A stretch of 24,000 nt of DNA from Methanomassiliicoccales archaeon (lineage in GTDB: Archaea; Thermoplasmatota; Thermoplasmata; RBG-16-68-12; SOIM01), in contig SOIM01000011.1 in assembly GCA_004377185.1 (NCBI GenBank), positions 14,925 to 38,924 of the forward strand, written 5' to 3'. The position numbers and the translations under genes are program-made. The stretch's first letter is position 1. Each line of letters starts with the position of its first letter. Below the pieces are notes generated by a model, which was not told the origin of the DNA, made no database searches, and saw only the letters and a list, made by a program, of their open reading frames with translations. Below are positions 23,797 to 24,000 of the stretch, one piece after another.

Positions 23797-24000
23797 TCAG
23801 GACTGAGACTTGAGAACCACTATCCCCTGAGACGCGGTTATGTCCATGGATTGTCTCCCAGTTACGTGGTGGGTTCCCCTCATCTTCAGTACTTCCAGGT
23901 ATTTTCGTCTTATTTCCCCTTCCTCTTCCATGCGAAGAAGAATGATTCCGTCCACAGAATAGGCGATCTCGGGTGGATAAAGCAAGCCAGGTTCGACCTC
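23797..24000 (-). CDS. KaiC/RAD55-family RecA-superfamily ATPase, C-terminal part (gene continues past the right window edge)
   Basis: The frame is open from position 24000. The sequence ...EVEPGLLYPPEIAYSVDGIILLRMEEEGEIRRKYLEVLKMRGTHHVTGRQSMDITASQGIVVLKSQS* has the R..L.V.KMRGT.H...F.I...GI.V signature of KaiC-like C-termini. Confidence 0.7.
   Translation of the reverse strand, partial: EVEPGLLYPPEIAYSVDGIILLRMEEEGEIRRKYLEVLKMRGTHHVTGRQSMDITASQGIVVLKSQS

Noticed and set aside
1-24000. Scan for CRISPR arrays, IS elements, integrases, prophage genes or known defence genes
   Set aside because: I saw no spaced direct-repeat arrays, terminal inverted repeats or transposase, integrase or nuclease signatures. 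The only long direct repeat is the pair of tRNA-Gln genes.

Overview
The window reads as a gene-dense archaeal chromosome segment of roughly 50% GC. The lineage evidence is a class I LysRS, PurP, a DTD2-type DtdA, CCA-less tRNAs with an A1-U72 pair, and TATA-box, leaderless or GGTGA-type Shine-Dalgarno starts. A Thermoplasmatota-like euryarchaeon is only a guess. I support about 22 protein genes and 2 tRNA genes. From left to right they are: hel308 (partial), a 1108-aa BNR-propeller/Ig-like surface protein, pyrD-pyrK, a DUF885 protein, an HTH-fused PyrE-like protein, class I lysK, tRNA-Gln(CUG), glnS, tRNA-Gln(UUG), purP, an RDD membrane protein with a C-terminal zinc ribbon, kptA/tpt1, dtdA, nrdJ, polX, and a family-4 udg. 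The rightmost 4.5 kb looks accessory: a two-domain KaiC/GvpD-like ATPase, two paralogous small wHTH regulators flanking a 6-TM zinc-ribbon membrane protein, a compact 44-codon transcription unit, a structured RNA element, and a second KaiC-like ATPase running off the edge. I found no CRISPR array, IS element, integrase or recognisable defence gene. The two most notable observations are (1) a bacterial-type glutaminyl-tRNA synthetase bracketed by both archaeal-type tRNA-Gln isoacceptor genes, and (2) the duplicated KaiC-like ATPase + wHTH locus at 19.4-24 kb. Most other ORFs in the six-frame track are antisense or out-of-frame shadows of these genes.
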